Assembly: GCA_964106915.2 (NCBI GenBank)
Contig: OZ066916.1
Source: Podarcis gaigeae
Lineage: Eukaryota
Strand: one strand, 5' to 3'
Length of the DNA stretch: 64,000 nucleotides
Shown here: positions 1 to 11,399 of the stretch, piece after piece
How positions within the stretch are numbered: position 1 is the first letter of the stretch
How the letters are laid out: each line of letters opens with the position of its first letter
Position numbers and translations under genes: made by a program
Notes under the pieces: model-generated
The model's input: only the letters and a program-made list of their open reading frames with translations
The model's database searches: none
What the model was told of the DNA's origin: nothing

Positions 1-600
1 CCTGCAAGGCTCCCTCGCCTCCCTTCGGCTCCATGTGCTCCGGGCTGCTCGGAATACATTTGGCGTGCGCTCGCTGCTGCTGCTGCGACAGGAGGAGGAT
101 TCAGCACCAGAGCCGAGCTGCTGCTGCTGCTGCTGCTCCTCGATCCCCACACCAGCTGACTCGATAATTAAACTAAACACATGCCGCCAGAGCCACTCCA
201 ACCCAGCGACGCTCCTGGGATCCCTGGTGCCACCTGGCAGGCTCTGGCCAAGCACAAGGGAGCGGCTCTCGGAAAAACAAGCGCGCAAAGGCGCAGAGGA
301 GAGCGGCGGGCGAGGGCGCACGGCGGCGAGGTGCCCACGCGAAGGAGCCCCGCCAAGCAGACCCGCGCCGGCTGCTCCCGTGCGCTTCCCCGGGATGCCG
401 GAAGGGAACTGCGAGGCGGCTTCCTTGAAAGGACCGGGCAGGCGACAAAACCAGAGGAGCCACCTCCGCGTGCAGCAGAGATCGCAGCCCAGGCGCGCAG
501 GCAGCTGCCACGCTTCTGCAGCGCGGCAAGCCACGTGCGGAAGGCAGTTTGGGCCACAACAACGACTAGATTGGCATCCTCGGATACTGATGCTGCTTAG
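1..600. promoter_or_regulatory. CpG island (truncated by window start), probable promoter/first-exon region, with (CTG)n tracts at ~74-86 and ~118-137
   Basis: Very GC- and CpG-rich (e.g. gagcggcgggcgagggcgcacggcggcgag) against a CpG-depleted background; no TE termini seen. Confidence 0.75.
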
Positions 601-1309
601 CTGAAAGGGATCAGTGACAAACGTGTTGCATTTGTTGCAAATAGTTACACTGCCAACTGCTCTGAAAGCCTCATTTTGGGCTCAGAAGCAGTGCAGAAAC
701 TTAATACGTAACATGGTAAGGACAACAATATGGCAAGTGGGAGGATTCCCTGGATGGAGCTGGTAGTGCTGGTCACCCATCCCCCGCGCAGTATTATATT
801 CACATACCCTGTTTTGTGTCAGAGACTACTACCTCCATACAAAAAGACACAAGCAGTGTTTCACACCACGCACAATTAAACATATGGAACAATCGGACAA
901 ATCCAGGGTCAAGCCAACTGCTAGGCTACCAGTTACGATTGTTCAAGAGAACCTCCATGTTGCAGACAGGATGCCTCTGAATTCCAGTTGCTGGAGAGCA
1001 GGCAGCAGGGCTGTCTTCACTCAGGTTTCCTGGAAGCAGCTGGCTCGGGACTGTTCCAAGCAAGATGCTGGACTAGACTGGTTCTGGGGCAGTTCGGCTT
1101 GCTCAGACAAAAGTGGACATCTAGTCTGGCATGCTGCCTGCAACAGTGGTCGGCTGCATGCTTCTAGGAAGCCAACAAATGTGACACAGTGGAGGCATCA
1201 GCTGTCCTTAGTAACTGGTATTTGGAGGTATAGTGCCTCTGTATGTTGAAGCTCCCTTTCCTGTTGAAGGCATACATGGTCACTTGTAATCATGTCAGGG
1301 TATTGTGCA

Positions 1310-1890
1310 GGATGTGGTCCCCTCTAGGGAGGCTGCCCTTGAAAACAGCTTGGAAATGCCAACGGGTGAAAAATGCTGCCGTTTTCTAGTCCAAGTATAT
1401 AACTGATACAGTGGTACCTCTACTTACGAACATGATCCGTTTCGGGGTGCTGTTTGCACCCCGAAAAGTCCGTAAGTAGAGCGCTACTATTGTGCGTGCA
1501 TGAAGCGCGATAGAGCGCTTCTGCGCATGCGCGCGTGGAGAACCCGGAAGTAAACACTTCCGGGTTTGCCACGTTTGTAACCTGAAAAGCTGCAACGTGA
1601 AGCAAACCTAACACGAGGTATGACTGTATTTTTAAGCTGCATTGCTTACCTAATTCGTTTCTTGGATCAGTTCAAGTTGCCAGTGCTAAACATTGAAGCC
1701 CTGAACGATCTGGAACCAGAATGCCCAAAGGGCTGCCTCCCCCTGCATGTGCCTTCTCATGCGCTCAAGACAACAACTGAGGCCCCAACGTCTCCCTCCC
1801 TCCCGAACTGAGGTGGGTGGAGTTTTCATGTTATGCCACTACAACTTTGGAATGACTTTCCAAGAGAGATCCACCTGGCTTGATCTGTGC
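1310..1890 (+). mobile_element. Old degraded L2 LINE 3' fragment, split by a MITE
   Basis: Degenerate match to the L2 C-terminal region seen intact at 15934-16734 (ggctgcccttgaaaac..., ttcaagttgccagtgcta...gccctgaacgatctggaacc). Confidence 0.55.
1409..1626. mobile_element. Tc1/mariner-pogo (Tigger-like) MITE, family A
   Basis: TA|cagtggtacctc ... gaggtatgactg|TA: inverted termini and TA target duplication. Confidence 0.9.
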
Positions 1891-2808
1891 CCTCCTATTG
1901 ACGGAGGGAGGAAACAAGCTAGGGAGATGCTAGCTGCTGGTTGCCATGGTTTTGGTGCTTTGCATGCTGCATTTTTAGTGTTTTCATATAATTACTTTTA
2001 TATTGATTTTTTTAAAAATGAGATTTAAAAAAAACTTTCTATGGCAACCTAGTAGAAGGATAGAACAGTACTGAAAATAAATAAAATAAACTTAGTGATA
2101 ATTGAGAATAATGCTGCTCTCTTCTTAAACATGCTGGACCACGGTATCAGCTTTGACTTTTCAGGTGAAGCAAGTTGCTAAAGCACAAGCAAAATAGAAG
2201 TCCTACATGCTCACTTGGGATTGTGACCTGTGTGTCTTACAGCAACAGCAGTGGTTGCATAATTTGCCACTCTAAAATGATGCTGTTGAGCCCCATCTGT
2301 GCTCTGCACTGACTTTCCACAGCCCTCTAGGCACAAGTTAAAGTTGGCGGTTTGGTTTTTTTCAGGCCTCAAATGCAGGTTTGCACATACCCGTGAGATC
2401 AGCACATCCTATGGTTCTCTCCCCCTGTCAGCATACAATGGTTTATTGACAATGGAGCCTTTCCACAGGAATCAAACAGAAGTGAAGCCCTTTGCAGTGA
2501 GACACTGGAGGCTGCAAAGTAGAGGAAGAAGCAGGAAATGTCGCAGCCCAGATCCACCCTTGTCCGCACCAGGTAGCCTTCTGGTTCCTTCTCACCTGGC
2601 CAGGCATAAATCCTTCCTGGGTCTTTTACCTGCCTGCCAACCTCTACTGTGGCTCCTGGAACCTGTCTTTAATGGATTATCTAAACCTGGGAAACCTCTT
2701 TTTTAATACTTGGACTGAGGCTATGGTATTGAGAAGGGTGGGTCAACCTTTCCTCCCTGTGCTGTTTCTTCAATTTAAAGCTGTCTCCCACCTGTCATTA
2801 GTTGCAGA

Positions 2809-3010
2809 CAGGAATGGCCCAACCAAGAGGCAAGGTGAGACAGCTGCCTCAGGCAGCAGAATCCACCAGGGGCAGCAGATCCCCATGTTGATCTTTCTTC
2901 CCCCACCGTGTTCCTGATATAGATCTTCCCTCACCCCTTCTTCCCTGGCAGGGAGGGCAGGACCATTCTGTGGTGTGCCTCAGGTGCCAAAATGTCTTGG
3001 GCTGACCCTG
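2809..3010. mobile_element. Non-autonomous hAT (Tip100-like) element
   Basis: 8-bp TSD gttgcaga at 2801-2808 and 3011-3018; cagg...cctg termini. Confidence 0.8.
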
Positions 3011-3114
3011 GTTGCAGAAAAGTGAAAATGTCGAGTGGAAGATGCCACCAGCTTGGAAGGCTTTAAAAGATGATTGGACAAGTTCATGGAGATTAAGGCC
3101 ATCAATAGCTATTA

Positions 3115-3351
3115 CAGTGGTACCTTGGTTCCCGAAGGCTTAGTTGACGAACAAATCAGCGCCCGGACACCGCAAACCCGGAAGTGTTCCAGTTTGTGAA
3201 CGTTTTTCGGAAGCCGAACATCCAACGTGGCTTCCGCTTGAGTGCAGGAAGCTCCTGCCGCCAATCGGAAATTGCGCCTTGGTTTTTGAACTGTTTTGGG
3301 AGTCGAACCGACTCCTGGAACGGATTAAGTTCGAGAACCAAGGAACCACTA
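3115..3351. mobile_element. Tigger-like MITE (family A variant), first unit of a tandem pair
   Basis: TA|cagtggtaccttgg ... ccaaggaaccacta|TA. Confidence 0.85.
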
Positions 3352-3353
3352 TA

Positions 3354-3593
3354 CAGTTGTACCTTGGATCCCGAACGCCTTGGCTCCCGAACAAATTGGC
3401 TCCTGAATGATCGAAACCCAGAAGTGATGTTCCAGTTTTCAAACGATTTTCGGAGGCTGAACATCTGGCGTGACTTCTGACTGGCTGCAGGAGCTTCATG
3501 CAGCCAATCAGAAGCCGCACTTTGGTTTCCGGACATTTTGGAAGTCGAACGGACTTCCGGAACGGATTCTGTTCGACTTCCAAGGTACGACTG
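3354..3593. mobile_element. Tigger-like MITE (family A variant), second unit of a tandem pair
   Basis: TA|cagttgtaccttgg ... ccaaggtacgactg|TA; homologous to but diverged from 3115-3351. Confidence 0.85.
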
Positions 3594-4539
3594 TACTATA
3601 TTCTGCTTCCATAGTCTGCTGCAGCAATGCTTCTGAATACCAGCTGCTTGGAGATACAGAATGAGAAAAGGCTACTGTGTTTGGGTCCTGCTTGAGCGTT
3701 TCCTACAGGCCAGATGCTGGAATAGATGGACCACAGACGTGACCCTTCAAGCTCTTCTTATGCTGGAGGTTGAACCCACAAACTTTTGCATGCAAAGCCA
3801 TTGCTCTACCACTGAGCAATCCCCTCTTCTAAATAAGCAAGATGAGTGCATCTGTTGAAAGCACTTGTATTTTTTGGCCTCTCAGAGGCCTGAGGAGTCT
3901 CACAACAATGACTGAAACCATGAAGGCACACCCATTCTGCTCCTTCCCCAAATCAAGACATTTTTCATTCCCCTCACCCCCTCCAGGCTCAACAGAAAGT
4001 TAAACATTGCAGGCTCTGCAGGCAAAAATAGCAAGGAAAAGGGAGAGAGGACAAATGAAAATGAAACGAAGTGCTCTTTAGGAATGTGGCAAGACTGCTC
4101 CAGACACCAAGATTGATTGCAAAAGGGGGAACATTTGCCCCAAGCAAAGGCCACAGACACTGTTCCAAGTAAAGGAGGAGAGTCATTTCTTGCTGGAGTT
4201 GGGCTTTCTGGAAAAAGCACAATTGGCAATTTGCTCATGCACACAACCAGAGGACAGGCTCTCGGGGTTGTCGTGCTGTCTTCTTCAAGAAGGAATCATA
4301 GGGACTTTTGGTGCCAAACTACACGTTCCGCAGACTTTTGTGTAACTTCCCATGTCTCCACCCTCCAAGAAGAACAAAAAGCTGCGGTGAGAGGATGCAA
4401 CATTGAGCAAAAGGACTAGTGGGTGGAGGAGAGACGGGGCTTAGCCCCTTTCTCAATGCCAGTTTCTGCTGAACTCCCAGGAGCAGGCCTCTACGGAGCT
4501 TGTCAGTGGCCTGGGATGGGAATCTTGTCAGAATGAAGT

Positions 4540-4945
4540 TGTGATGGCCTGAGAATCTGATTCAGAGGCTGAACCTGAGGAATCCCAGCCTGCACAGGAG
4601 TCCCCACCTCCAGGGCAGGGGCTTGAACCTGAAGGGCCCTCACCTGTGCCGGATCCTCAGGAGCAGACACCAGTTGAATCCGCTCTGGCTATGGAGGTGA
4701 TCGAAGACCCATTGCCTGCAGGTGCTCCTCTCCTAGCCCTGTCAGGGGAAGGTGAGGTTGCCTCTGGGTCCAGTAACCCTCCAGCCTCTCCTGAGCTGCA
4801 GAGGCTCAGGGCAGAGAGGCGGAGGGAACTAAGTTCTCGCAGGAGGAGTGCTGGCCTCCAGGCCAGGAGAGGCGAGTCACCTGTGGACTGGGGCCGTCCT
4901 ATGCCTCAGAGGAGATAAAGGCCAGCCCGCCCAGTCCCAGGTTTG
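4540..4945 (+). mobile_element. LTR-like fragment (probable Gypsy/ERV LTR 5' part)
   Basis: Starts TGTGATGG; GC- and purine-rich low-complexity body ending in a TATA-like gataaag; similar in style to 46203-46577. Confidence 0.5.
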
Positions 4946-5539
4946 AGTTTATAACTTTTGTGTTTTATTAAACACAGAAGTTATAAACTCAAACAAAAAA
5001 GCAGCCGGTCTCTGTTGGGGTCCCCAGCCAACACAGCCCTCTGAGGCCCATGGCAAGTGCACATGATCCCCTCCCCCTCCATAGGCCTGTCAAAGAGAGG
5101 TTGATTCCCACCCATGGAGACAAAGGTGCCTTGTAGACTCCCTTGGGTTATTCTCAAGTCACTGTGTTTCTCTTTGGAGCTGGGAACTCCAACCACCAGA
5201 GACGACACTGTTGCTGTTTACATAACAAGATCCTGGGGTGAAAGAGAAGTCTGGAGGTAAGGACTCCTCAAGGACTCCTCAAGCTCCCTGGTCACATGCA
5301 AGTTGCAGGCAAGCATCCAGCCGTCCACCTAAGCTAGCCAGGTACAGAAAGATGCTGTAATATTCAAAGTTGAGAGCCACGAGAGATAAAATGTTGGAAC
5401 TTGGATGCAGAAGATCTGGATTCAAATCTCTGCTCAGCCATGAAGCTCCTTGAGCCACTCTCCTGCACCTATTTTCCTATTCTTAGGGGAAGTGGGATAC
5501 CAATGTGATGAATTCTAGTCACCCAGTGTGCCAATGTAT

Positions 5540-5540
<1 letters not shown>

Positions 5541-5589
<49 letters not shown>

Positions 5590-5697
5590 TTATACCCTGC
5601 CCATCTAGCTGGGTTTCCCCAGCCACTCTGGGCAGCTTCCAGCAAAATATTAAAATACAATAATTCATCAAATATTAACAGCTTCTCTAAACAGGTC
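5541..5697 (-). mobile_element. Young L2 LINE 3' tail with (TAA)n microsatellite
   Basis: Reverse complement of the 3' end at 16710-16858 (gccgcccagagtggctggggaaacccagccagatgg) plus (TAA)n at 5541-5589. Confidence 0.85.
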
Positions 5698-7239
5698 ATC
5701 TAACGGCCTGATTCTTTCCTATGCTTTACAATAATTCTGCAATTCACAGAAGGGAAAAGGAGGAAGGACCAATTATTATGTGTGAGGAGGCTCACTTCCC
5801 AAGACCGGCCAACTAAGCCTTCCAACGTAGCAGGTAAAGCATAAAGCATAGTTCAACCCTAAGCTGAGACACAACATTTGCTGGGCACATGTCCTTTCAA
5901 ACGTTAATTGGATGTGGCGACAGGGACAGATCTGGGGGGTAGGACCCAACAGATACAGCTGTATGGAATGCCCCCAGATCCACTATTTCACCATATTTTG
6001 ACCATGTGCGTGCACTGATGGCTCACTTTGAAAAGAAATCCTTTGGGCTCATGCTAGAATCAGCCTTCCTTTTTTTCTTTATCCACCTGGGGACAAAAGT
6101 ACCCAAAGAGTCACTCCAGGAAGAGGCAGGAAAGAGGAGTGCCAGGCTGAGATCCCAGAGGATCCCTCACCTTCAAAAAACAGATCCAACTTTTTTATCA
6201 CATTCTTGGGGCATCAGAGAGGTGGTACACAGGACCAATGAAAGCTTGACCAGGGATCATTGTGCAAAACTCCATACAACTCTTTGTGTTCTCTCCACTA
6301 TTGTATGAAGTCCCAAACCATCCAAGGAAGTGTGGAGGCAAGCCAATCCCTGGGCACAGCTTAAGAATCTAAGTGGAAGGTTCACCTTTGATCAAAGGAT
6401 CTCTCCCAAAATTAAAGGAATCAGAAGGGCAGAAAGCTCATCTCATGATCACAGGGTGTCTGCTTTCTACTCCTCTTCTTCTTCTTTTACACATTAAAGC
6501 TGTGTGTATCTGAGCTCCTCTTAATGGTCTCGCTTCAGCCCCAAACACACTGTTATTGAATCTTTGATGGACAAGAGATAAACAGATGCCAAAAGGATAT
6601 TCACAGTCTCTTTAGCAGCAGAGCATTTCACAACAGCCTGGCTGGTCTTTAAGTGCTGAATTCCAACTGTGGAATGCAGCAAAATCTTGCTAATCCAGCT
6701 CTTTCTTTATTCCATGCATGGCTTATTCCCTTCCCCCTCAATATGACAGACTCAAAAAAAAAAAAAAAAAAAAAAAAAAGGACACAGATTCCTGGTCAAT
6801 GCCACTGAAATTCATGTCTTCCAGTCAATATTTGCATCATCATAATTCTCCCTGCACATTATAAAACAGTAAGATTTCAGCAGAAGAAAGGATTTTCCAC
6901 ACTTCATTTAACTTCTGATACCTATCAATCATGCCCACGTAACTATAACATTTAGTAGCTGTACAGTTCTCTTGAGCGTTCAAAGCATTTCACGCATGCG
7001 TGATCTAAGGAAGCCTTATGCCAGCCGCGTTAAGAACAATATTATCCCTAGCTTGCAATATTTTTGGGGAGGGAGCAATTTAGGATTCTCAGTTCCCATC
7101 CTTCACCAAGGCCCTATAACAGCTCTGATATTTCGCAATGGGTATAAATCAGGCACTCCCACGGCCACAGCCAATAAGCACTAGAGGCTTATTCTCTATG
7201 CCTGCAAGAGAGGGGCCACCCCCCAAAAATCTCAAAACC

Positions 7240-7870
7240 TGGGCTGGTTCATAGGAGGGAATATGGTCTCTCTTGGACCTAAGGCATGTAGGGCTTTGTA
7301 GGTCATAACCAACACTTTGAATTGTGCCCTGAAACAGACCTGTAGTCAGTAAAGCTGTTATAGTATGGGAGTTATATGCTCTCTATAATCAGGGGACGCG
7401 GGTGGCGCTGTGGGTAAAACCTCAGTGCCTAGGACTTGCTGATCGTAAGGTCGGCGGTTCGAATCCCCGCGGCAGGGTGAGCTCCCGTCTTTTGGTCCCA
7501 GCTCCTGCCCACCTAGCAGTTCGAAAGCACCCCTAAGTGCAAGTAGATAAATAGGTACCGCTTTATAGCGGGAAGGTAAACGGCGTTTCCGTGTGCTGCG
7601 CTGGTGCTGGCTCGCCAGAGCAGCTTCGTCACGCTGGCCACGTGACCCGGAAGTGTCTCCAGACAGCGCTGGCCCCCGGCCTCTTAAGTGAGATGGGTGC
7701 ACAACCCTAGAGTCGGACATGACTGGCCCGTACGGGCAGGGGTCCCTTTACCTTTACCTTAATCAGCCCCAGTCAGTAATCTGGCTGCAGTTCTTTGAGC
7801 CAGTTGAAGTTTCTGAGCACTTTGCAAAGGAAACCCCACAAAGAGCATGTTACAGTAATCCAAGTGGGAT
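7240..7870 (-). mobile_element. Old L2 LINE fragment, split by a Sauria SINE
   Basis: Minus strand encodes degenerate ..LDYCN..G.PL..QKLQL.Q..AARLLTG..FKVLV.. motifs on both sides of the SINE. Confidence 0.7.
7393..7759 (+). mobile_element. Full-length Sauria SINE
   Basis: tRNA-like head (ggtggcgctgtgg A-box, ggttcgaatcc B-box), Bov-B-like agagtcggacatgact, (accttt)n tail, TSD taatcag. Confidence 0.95.
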
Positions 7871-8847
7871 GTATACCGTTTTAAATGTATTTGTCGGAGG
7901 GAGTGGAGTAGAGGGGGGGTATTGGTTTGGGGGGTGTTCTTGTTTTTATTATGTGCTTTGGGTTTCGTTTTGTTTTTCGTATTTTAATGTTGTAGACTGC
8001 CGAGACCTACGAATGAAGGGCGGTATACAAATAAAACAAGTAAGTACTGTAAGTAAATGTAACTTCAGTGTGTGTCACTGTGGCCTTAGTGGTGCAAACG
8101 CTTCCACAAACATACATAAACTACACATAAATCTCCAATGTTTTACCTTAATACATCCGAGTTAGTTTGCAGAATAGGTACCCACATTCCTGCAAAAAAC
8201 CTTCTATTTTAACATGCTAAACCTGGTCCATTTTTTCAGCCTGCGCTGAGTTGGTACCCTGTTTGGTGCTTATTTCAGCTGCACACTTCGTAAACAAGCA
8301 CCCTGTATTTTTTTTTAAGGTGACTAGGCTACCTGTATATTTTATGTTGTAAGTTGTTGCAAATGTCTAGAAATGCTTTAAAACAATCAAATAAATAAAT
8401 AAATAAATACTGTTCAGTATTTATTTATTTATTTAATAAATACTATTGGGGTTTTTTGTTTTTGTTTTGAAAAGGAAATTAGAAAACCCAAGCTTTTATC
8501 ACAGAGCCAAGTGGCAGGGCAAGAGCTCTGAAGTGCAATAGAAAGGATGTACAGATTCTCCAAAATGCCATTTGCAGCTCAAATTTCACGCTCCCTCTTG
8601 TTCGGCTGGGCACCAAGATTAATTGCCCGTGCTGCAAAACCCAAGGAAACTGAAGGGACCAAGTTCTCCCCCTATAGTCCCTTGTTCAAAAAGTGGCTTG
8701 CTGCTCATCAATCACCCGCCCAGCTGATAATGGTGAAGGGGGGGGGGCAAGGAGGAGGGACTGCAGAAAGGGAAACTGCCAAGGATAAGTGCTTCTGAAA
8801 TGAGCGCAGCACTGCCAAAATGGCTTATTGCCTGGATGTGCTGCCTT

Positions 8848-9183
8848 CAGGGCCGGATTTAGGTCTGATGAGGCCCTAAGCTACTGAAGGTAATGGGGCC
8901 CTTTATATGTCCAGCTGTCCTTTGTCAGCAACAAATTGTTGCTGTTTTTTGTGTTGAGTATAAGCTATATGGACCTAATAGGTATCTAAAGCCATTTGCA
9001 CATAACAAAATATGTATTTTATCAAAACACTGTTGCTGTATGTAGGTTTTATTTTATTCTTTTTTTATCTTATATTAGGAAATGTATATCCAGGGGTTTT
9101 TTTTCTTTAATTTTTTTGGGGGCCCCCAAGAGAGTGGGGCCCTAAGCTATAGCTTGTTTAGCTTATACGTAAATCTGGCACTG
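8848..9183. mobile_element. Non-autonomous hAT (Tip100-like) element
   Basis: TIR cagggccggattta / taaatctggcactg; 8-bp TSD gctgcctt at 8840-8847 and 9184-9191. Confidence 0.9.
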
Positions 9184-9896
9184 GCTGCCTTGGCAAAACA
9201 CACACCCACCCCTCCTGATACTCTGCATTAGCTAGTCATGACAGTATCTCGCTTTTCTCTTACTAAGCTAATGTCATCTCTGGCAATGACCAGCCTATAC
9301 TTTCTGTTATCTCCTAACCTAAACCCAGATAATGGGTCTTAGAAGAACAAAGGAACCTAAGAGGAGCTTTCTGGGTCAGGTCAAAGGACCCAACAAGCCC
9401 AGCCGTCTGTTCCCACAGTAGCTGGCCAGATAAAGTTGGCAAACCCACAAACAAGAACTGAGAACATCAGCACTCTTCCTACTCCAGCAACTGGTATTCA
9501 GAGGCATTCTGCCTCTAACAGTACTATTAACATTTATTTATTTATTTTGCCTTGATGTGCATCACTTTCTGGCATTGAATTGCATTTGTTATTTTACTGC
9601 CCGTTCACTCAGCTTGGAGAGACCTTTTCGAAGCTCTTCACAACTGCATTTTATTGTAGTATTATGTAGAATCCTTTGCGATTTTGATGGATATGTAGTT
9701 TCATTTATATACCAAATATAATAGTAGATGATGGTGTTGGAATTCACTGCCAGGTATGGTGATGGCTATTAGCATAGAGGGAGGGAGACTGAATAAATCA
9801 GCAGTGGAGAACCTGTGACCTCCCAAATGTTACAGTATTTGTGACTCCCATTGTCTTGACCATTGGCCATGCTTCCTGGGGCTGATGGGAACTGGA

Positions 9897-9975
9897 GTCA
9901 TAGAATCATAGAACTGTAGAGTTGGAAGGGACCCCGAAGATCATCCAGTCTAACCCCCTTGCAATGCAGGAATAG
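9897..9975 (-). mobile_element. CR1 extreme 3' tail
   Basis: (tcatagaa)2 is the reverse complement of the CR1 (ATTCTATG)n terminal octamer, followed by gttggaagggacc...atccagtctaacccc. Confidence 0.75.
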
Positions 9976-10132
9976 GCAACTGTCTTGTATGGCAATTGAA
10001 CCTGCAACCTTGGCAATATCAGCTCCACACTCTAAACAACATCATCTGGAAGGTCACAATCACCCTCTTCCGCAAATTAGGATTCAACAAATTAATGGAA
10101 GTGATCTATCAATGCTTAGTAGCCATGATAAT

Positions 10133-10487
10133 GGTAAAGGTAAAGGTACCCCTGACCGTTAGGTCCAGTCGTGGACAACTCTGGGCTCATCTTGCTCTAT
10201 AGGCCGAGGGAGCCGGCATTTGTCCGCAGACAGTTTTTCCAGGTAATGTGGCCACCATGACTAAGCCACTTCTGGCAAACCAGAGCAGTGCACGGAAACG
10301 CCATTTACCTTCCCGCTGGAGTGGTACCTATTTATCTACTTGCACCTGACGTGTTTTCAAACTGCTAGGTGGGTAAGAGCTAGGACCGAACAAGGGGAGC
10401 TCAACCTGTCGCAGGGATTTGAACCACCGACCTTCCAATCGGCACGCCTAGACTCTGTGGTTTAGACCACAGCGCCACCCGCGTCCC
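10133..10487 (-). mobile_element. Full-length Sauria SINE
   Basis: (ggtaaa)n tail to cagcgccacccgcgtccc head; 14-bp TSD tagtagccaYgata at 10117-10130 and 10488-10501. Confidence 0.95.
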
Positions 10488-11399
10488 TAGTAGCCACGAT
10501 AGCGAAGTGGAAAATTCAGAGATAGCATGCTTCTGAATATTAGTTGCAGGGAAAAGCTAAAAACCCCATGTCCTCTTGGTGGGTTTTTCAAAACCAGCTG
10601 GGAAACAGGACATTGGACAAGATGGTTTAATCCAACAAGGGTTCCCTTAATCTCAGAATACAGCACGGAGGGTTTAGGTATCAACATGCCTAACGTAAAC
10701 AACCCCCTTCTGGATCTCAATCGCACCAGGAATACACAAAAATCCACTGCCTAGAAAGGCATTTTTCGACACATGGCATGCCTTCAAGCTTCTCTCACAC
10801 TATTTATGTGCACATGTCATATGAGATAGGAAGTGAAAAATATTTTTTTAAAAAAATAAAATACACATTCTTAGCATTGCACACATTACCTTGGAATTAC
10901 AGAGAGAGAAAATGCAGGCGCCAATGTAGCAGATACAATAATACCCTGAGACAAAACAGTCTCTAAGTAAACAAGGGCTTCCCAGATGGAAAGGCAAGGT
11001 TGAGCTTTATTGCATCATCTGACTCCTCTACTCATAATAATTACCCTGCCTAATCAAGTCTTTGTAATCGGAAAGAAACGGTTCCCTTAGCCTACAGATT
11101 ATTTAAAGGGCCTTTATGACGTGCTGAAAGATCTATTTCCTTTTGTGCCTTTTTAAAAAAAGAAAACAAAAACAAAAGCCTAGCTCACCTGCCCGCTTTG
11201 CAGCAACACCTTGGAGATTCATAAAGAAGGTGGAGATAAATCGAGAGAGCAAAAACATCAATGCCATTTCACAACTGAGACTGGTCAGCTCTAGGCTTAC
11301 AAATCCCACCAATGGGGGCGGGGGCGGGAAATGTGTAATTTGTTGGCTTGTATTGGAAACAACTTCCCACTCTCTTTTCCTTGGAATATCAAGCTTATC

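Larger units (their letters stand above)
3040..3760 (+). mobile_element. CR1 LINE 3' end fragment, interrupted by two MITEs
   Basis: ggctttaaaagatgattggacaagttcatggag...caatagcta resumes after the MITEs as gcaatgcttctgaataccagctgc...gatgctggaatagatgg; typical squamate CR1 3' end. Confidence 0.7.

Noticed and set aside
1-59. Resemblance of RRGSLAG and LKLRVK (29904-29921) to N-terminal peptides I recall from RAP1GAP-family isoforms
   Set aside because: Matches are too short and from memory; no gene symbol can be supported
35-604. Overlapping long ORFs on both strands at the window start
   Set aside because: Expected from stop-codon scarcity in a GC-rich island; no recognisable domain, so not called CDS
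4646-4918. Pro/Glu/Arg-rich 90-aa ORF (and the Ser-rich ORF at 46272-46586)
   Set aside because: Low-complexity translation of LTR-like repeat sequence
7393-7480. tRNA-like A/B boxes here and at other SINE heads
   Set aside because: They are SINE promoters followed by SINE bodies, not tRNA genes
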